NCBI GenBank assembly: GCA_000002445.1
Contig: CM000207.1
Coordinates: 2,592,001-2,656,000, forward strand
From: Trypanosoma brucei
Lineage: Eukaryota
Direction: 5' to 3'
DNA: 64,000 nt
The translations under genes were made by a program, and so were the position numbers. Within the stretch, counting starts at the first letter, position 1, and each line of letters begins with the position of its first letter. The notes under the pieces were generated by a model. That model saw only the letters and a list, made by a program, of their open reading frames with translations, was not told the DNA's origin and did no database searches. Shown one piece after another: positions 58,872 to 64,000 of this stretch.

Positions 58872-61129
58872 GTGGTTCTTTAAATGTATCCCTTGATGAT
58901 TACGTCCACAGTGGTGTCTGATCTTTAACTAGACTGGAAGCCGAGTTAGTATGCAGTAATTCACCTAGATATTTGTGTATTTCTAAGGTTATTTTAGCGT
59001 AAAATTTTGGTTTTTATCGACTGGTTAATTTCTTGTCGCAGATTAGCTTCCATTTTTAGCTACTTCTTTTTGATGCTGCTTGCAGTGAATATTGGATAAT
59101 TCTGTCTGTTTTTTTGTAGTTTTATATCGTCAGCATACTCTGAGGCTTCGGATTTTTTCTCAATGGACCTGCTGGTTTGGGGCTAGTCAGTTTGATGCTC
59201 GCCACCTTGTAGTTCACTGGCGGCTGCGTCACTGTTTATGCTATATCGTTTGTGTTTAAGCTCTGTGCTCTTTATTCACTGTTATTTAAGCAACCTAGGA
59301 AGTTTTTTGGTTCCGACGTATGTTGAATTTCCTGCCATGACTGATTTTGTCGTTTGCAGTCTCACCGTGAGCGTCTGTTTCAAAATGGTCCCCTCTCCTC
59401 TGAGAAGAAACTTTTCCCAAAATTACGTCTTTTTGCCTTCATTTTTAGCTTTTTCTTTGCCTACATTTTTTGTAAGATAATTTTGTAACTAGCGTCAGTT
59501 TTTGTGGCACATAGAGTTGTCTGATTGGACCGCCAGGTTAACAGGTTGCTTTTTGTTTTTTCAGTTGCCGCCGGTTTTTCGTTGTCCGTCGTTGTTTGAG
59601 CACTTCCATTGATAGTTTTGTGCGAAGTGAGTTTTTCCGCATGTCCTGCCGCATCTCTTATCGTTTGTGATCACTTTTTCTGAGGAAGGTGCCGTTTTGA
59701 CGGTATTTTGTGTCTTGTAAGCTGCCAGTGTGTTGTATTCTCCGTCTTGGTTTGTTGCTAGTCGCGTCGTCTTTTCCAGCTTAAAGAGACGTACAGCGTT
59801 GGATTTTGTCGCTGCGGCTTCTCTTTAAGTTGGCAACGGGGAAGCGGAGTCTAGTAGCTTGTTCGCGTGCCGGATTTCCGTACAAAAGTCACTCGCAGCT
59901 GTTTCTTCCGTTGACCTTCCTACATCGCTGATGGTTAATAACGGAATAAAAATTATCGCTAATTGCGGATACCGTTGGTGGAACCTTTTTTGTAGTTTGT
60001 TATTTGCTAGTGTTCTTCTTCGTCTGTCGATCCTGATGATTTCTTTCCTACTTTCTTACTTTTTATGGGGCTTATTTCTGAATACTGGTTGTCGTTTTTA
60101 CACAACAGCTGAATGGTGCGCCCACGGGCCTATCGTCTTGAATGTTTAGTAGTACCAAAGCAGGGCTATATTATGATCTTCTTCGGCTGCTGATGTGTAG
60201 ATATGAGATGAATTGTGTTTCAGGATATTGGGTTTGCCGTTCAGCTTCTGATTGTGGCATGTTAATCTGTCGTATTACCGTATTGATTAATATTAGTTCT
60301 GCTAGCAGCTAACTAGACGCTGGTGACCCCTCTTCGATGTTTATCTCCTGCTTGATACTCTTGAGCCGCCGTCATTTGCGGCGTCTTTTAGGCCTAAGCT
60401 TGCGATAATCTTTTTCCGAGAAAGTCTTTGTGGTCTGGCTCGAGCCTCACACACAAGTCTTTAGGTTGTGCTTTGTGTCTTCGGTATATTGAATAGCAAC
60501 TTCCACAGGACAATATTACTATGTTTGTAAGAGTTTTTTTACAGTGATATCCTTTTTTTCTAAAATTACATTTATGCTCCTTCCTTATATGCTCTTCTAG
60601 CCGCCCCACCCGTAGAAAACACACATTAAATCTATGAAGTGACACCCTCCATCAGATAGCGGTTCATATCACGATTTGCAATCATAATAAAAACTACAGG
60701 GGTACACAATGTGCAATGCTGCATATATCAATTTTTGAGTAAAATAAGGATCATTATTGTCTCCTGCCCATCTTATTAATAATTTATTATTTTCCTTTCT
60801 TTCTATTTTGTCGTTTCATTCATATTTTTTATCTTCTTTTTCTCTCCAGCTCCTTTTTTTCGAAACATATAGCTAACTCGCTTTGTATGTACACTAGATT
60901 TTGTCTTTACATTGTTATTCACTCAATCATCTTGTCGTATATGATAATACCCATTGTCATGTTTTTGACAAATGGTATACTTTATATTCATATCTTCCTC
61001 TCTGTCTTTCTGCATCCCTGTTTATAATATTCCTTGTGCTCTCCCTTTTTCAATCACTGATTTTCTTTTAACCCTCATCATAATTTTAAATGTCTCTACT
61101 TTTGCTGTTCATTCGTATTTTCCACCACT

Positions 61130-61215
61130 ATTATCATGAAATTAGTATATACACAATTATGATACTCTCATATCATCATGACAATTATTATTATTATTAT
61201 TTTAACCTTAACTAC
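61130..61215 (-). repeat. VSG-associated 70-bp repeat (degenerate)
   Basis: Reads attatcatgaaattagtatatacacaattatgatactctcatatcatcatgacaattattattattattattttaacc. Confidence 0.6.
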
Positions 61216-61489
61216 TATCCATAAAATGAACAATACAAACTAACTTAGAATACCAATCATTTTTCACACCGTATTACGCTACTTTTCTACACATTCACCG
61301 CTATAATGCACGGTTTACTAAACTTTTATACCTTAAAATAACTTTGAATTTCCACTAATTTGTACATTTTCATGAAAAACTGTAAAAATGAATCAAATAT
61401 AGCAATTTTATAAAATGTTCTCTAAATCACAAATTACATAATTTTCATAAAATTTGTCAAAACATCCTTTATGATATTTAATCATAGAA

Positions 61490-62871
61490 ATAAGTCGAGA
61501 AAAAGAGGAGCCTTAACGACAAAAGAACTGTTACCTGTGGTGTTAGTGTTTTTTTCTTCCTTCTCCCTTTACTTTTATCGTATCTTTAAGTTCGCACTTT
61601 CCGTCTTTGTGTTCGCAATCTTTGTCCTCTGTGCATTTAGTTGCTTCAGTGTTTTCCTTGCATTTTTCTGTTGATGACTTGATTTGTGTCTCGCTGCTTT
61701 TTCCCTGACCTTGTGGGTAGTTCTGTGTCCTCTGAAATTTTGAAAAGCCGGTTGCTACAGCTGCTGCTGCTTGAGTGTCTCCGTTCAGCTGTGATATGTC
61801 GACAGTCTGGTCGTCTTTTCCACTGTAGTACGTCGCTTTTGTTTTTTCTATTGCTTGCCATATCTTGGTTTGAAACTCTGTCCCATCTTCTTTGCCATAG
61901 TATTTCCGGAGCGCTGCGTCGAGTGCCGCTTTGCTGGTTCCGGTTAGATCTGATACCGGCTTGTCGCTGACAGCTGTTCGGTACACCAGTGTATTGAAGT
62001 CACTTGAGGCCGTGTATGTTTCTAGGGCTGTGAGGTCTCTGTGGCTCAGTAACGCCGCAGCTGCCTGAAATGCTGCGCTGTGCTTGGCTTGTAGTTCTGA
62101 CGTTGTCAAATGTGACAGCTTGATGTTAGTTATGCCTATTTTTTGGTGGATTTTCCCGGTTATTTGTCCGCCCGCATGTGTGCTGGTTGTGTGCTTGAAG
62201 TGAGCGCCGATCGTTACTTTGTCGCTTGCTACGTTGTTGCAGGCGCCACTGCCCCCTTGGTTCGTGCACTTTAGTGTTGTTTCCATTGTCAGTTCAGTTA
62301 CCTCGATTCTCTGATCGAAAGTGAAGACTAAGTCCTCGATCGGTGTTTTGTCATCGTCTTCCGTGTTCCCGCAGCTGCTTCGCGTTTTCTTGTTGTGGTT
62401 GTTAGCTGCAAACGTGGCACTTACTAGCGCCGAAACTGCAGCTTGCGTTATAACAGCAACGTCGTACGCGGCAGCTACATAATTGAGTTGGTCGTATAGT
62501 ACAGCTACTTCCTTTAGGCGTTGCAGGTGATCTTTAACTTTGGGGAGTCGTGTTTCGACCGTCCTTGCGTACTGTGCTGCTTTCGTGACTGCTGTCGCTA
62601 GCAGGGGTGTTAATGCTCTTTTCAGCTCTTTGTTTCCGTTTGCAATTCCCAGTAAGAGTTTTTCGATTGTGGCGGCGTCCTTTTGTAAATTCTTTTGTGC
62701 CGCTTCAGCTGCAGCTCTCAGCCTGTCTGCGAGTTGAGCTATTCGTGCAAGGCACTTGCACGGACAGCCGCACTGCTCTCGGGCAGCTGATTGTTTTACT
62801 GCGCTTGCCGTTGGTGCTCCGAGCAGCCACACCGTGTACAGTATGATTGGTGTCGGTTTCGGTGCGTTCAT
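61490..62871 (-). pseudogene. VSG: VSG, near-intact; a single frameshift in a T7/A7 homopolymer separates a 442-aa ORF (61543-62871) from its GPI signal
   Basis: It has a signal peptide (MNAPKPTPIILYTVWLLGAPTASA) and a complete N- and C-terminal body ending …KVKGEGRKKH*. The -1 frame immediately downstream encodes NTNTTGNSSFVVKAPLFLDLFL, a canonical 17-aa-type GPI signal. The homopolymer is at about 61543-61550. Confidence 0.75.
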
Positions 62872-64000
62872 TGCTGATTTTTTTCGGTTACTTTTTCTTT
62901 TGGTTATTGAGAGCTTCTTTGGGTTAGGTTTCTTTTTTTGTTTCCTTCCGTGGTGTGATTGGGAAAGTGGTGCTTCGGCGGTCTTGGTTAGAACAGCCGC
63001 CGTTACCTGGCCGCTGGGGCCATAAGAGAATCCTGCTTAGTGTATGGTGTCTCTGGCTCGTTTCTGTTGGCAGCTGCTGCTCGTATTGGTTATAAGAGTT
63101 CAGCTAGCTTTCTTATGTTGATGTGCCGGCTCCGGACTTGCAACGAGTCACTTGCGTTTCTTTTTGTTAGATTGGTAAACAATTAGCACAGTTATTTGAA
63201 TATAGCTGTTTTAATCGCTTCCTTAGGAATGTAGCTTGTCTAATGGATAGGCGTGTTATCACAATCAATGGCGACGTTGTAACTTTCTGAATTCTTAGCC
63301 AACTAGGCATTGGTTGATAAATTAAGTAAGACCGTGGATAATAACTTAAATAAGTCAAAGGAATTTCATTTTATCCCGTTCTCGCCGGATACACTTCTAT
63401 TGAGCTGGTTTTGTAGCTGAGAATCACTGGTGTGAAGACCGTTTCCTGCGTGCACCGGTATTACTCCGGCGCAAAAATAGTTGCAGGCTTGTTGTAGAGA
63501 CTATTTCAAAGGTGTTCTAGCGTCGCTGTTTTATGCCTTTGTGGTTTAAGCGACTCCAGATAGAAGATTAGCACAATCAGTTATTTATTTATTGCTAGCC
63601 AAAAGACCAAGCAGCGTTACAAGTAAACACGCCATATATAGGCTACTATAGTTAGTGATGTTGTTGGTTTGTTGGCTTCACTTGTTGACCAGTCTCAGTT
63701 TTTCCACAATTGTAGGTAGCTCTGCCGTTTTAATTGCTTGAATTATCTTTTGTGCACGATCCCTGGCCAAATGTAAGCAAACTATTGTATAAAGTTGTGC
63801 AGCACTGTATTTTTTTCAACGTACATGAAAAATAAAAGAAAGAATGCTGATTTGGCTAATTTTATTGTTTACGGTAAAAATAACGCAGTTAACACCAGAA
63901 ATATCAACTTTTAAATCTGTACTGTACAATGCTATATCCGTATATAAAAGATATATCATTTATGGTCAGTGCCTGCTTCTGTTGCTGTCCACCCCCTGTT

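Noticed and set aside
60394-60645. 83-aa ORF with scattered Cys/His (…EEHIRKEHKCNFRKKGYHCKK…) that looked faintly zinc-finger-like
   Set aside because: It has no proper C2H2 spacing (C-x2-4-C-x12-H-x3-5-H) and is a single short ORF in an AT-rich VSG upstream region. Most likely chance.
18655-61215. Periodic short conserved repeats (70-bp units) spaced along the window that could superficially suggest a CRISPR-like array
   Set aside because: The spacing is 2.5-6 kb, not 30-40 bp. The units lie upstream of eukaryotic VSG genes and match the well-known trypanosome 70-bp repeat (TRR triplets + GTGTTGTGAGTGTG). The sequence context is a kinetoplastid nuclear subtelomere, not a prokaryote.
1-64000. 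Bacterial-style promoters, RBSs, operons, rho-independent terminators
   Set aside because: The content (VSG cassettes, ingi, telomere hexamers) identifies a kinetoplastid nuclear genome. There, transcription is polycistronic and mRNAs are trans-spliced, so such prokaryotic calls would be meaningless.

Overview
This window looks like a Trypanosoma brucei-group subtelomeric variant surface glycoprotein (VSG) gene array. About sixteen VSG cassettes sit on the minus strand. Each has a degenerate 70-bp repeat (TRR-triplet run plus a GTGTTGTGAGTGTG core) a few hundred bp to about 2 kb upstream, roughly every 3-4 kb. Each is followed by a 3' UTR carrying the conserved VSG 16-mer. Three VSG ORFs are full length and one more is broken only by a single C-terminal frameshift. 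The rest are frameshifted or truncated pseudogenes, as is usual for array VSGs. Three non-LTR retroelements interrupt the array. A partial ingi (its 3' 1.39 kb) lies at the window start on the plus strand. A full-length 5.26-kb ingi on the plus strand carries an intact ORF of about 1657 aa (endonuclease, reverse transcriptase, RNase H and C2H2 fingers) and is flanked by a perfect 12-bp target-site duplication. A degenerate ingi-related (DIRE-like) element lies on the minus strand. I also found a glycosyltransferase-like pseudogene, an interstitial degenerate telomere (CCCTAA) tract just downstream of an intact VSG, and a 4-kb stretch of the array with no recognisable cassette. I saw no prokaryotic-style system, CRISPR array, tRNA or rRNA. 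Every assignment comes from reading the translations and repeats directly, and no database search was possible.
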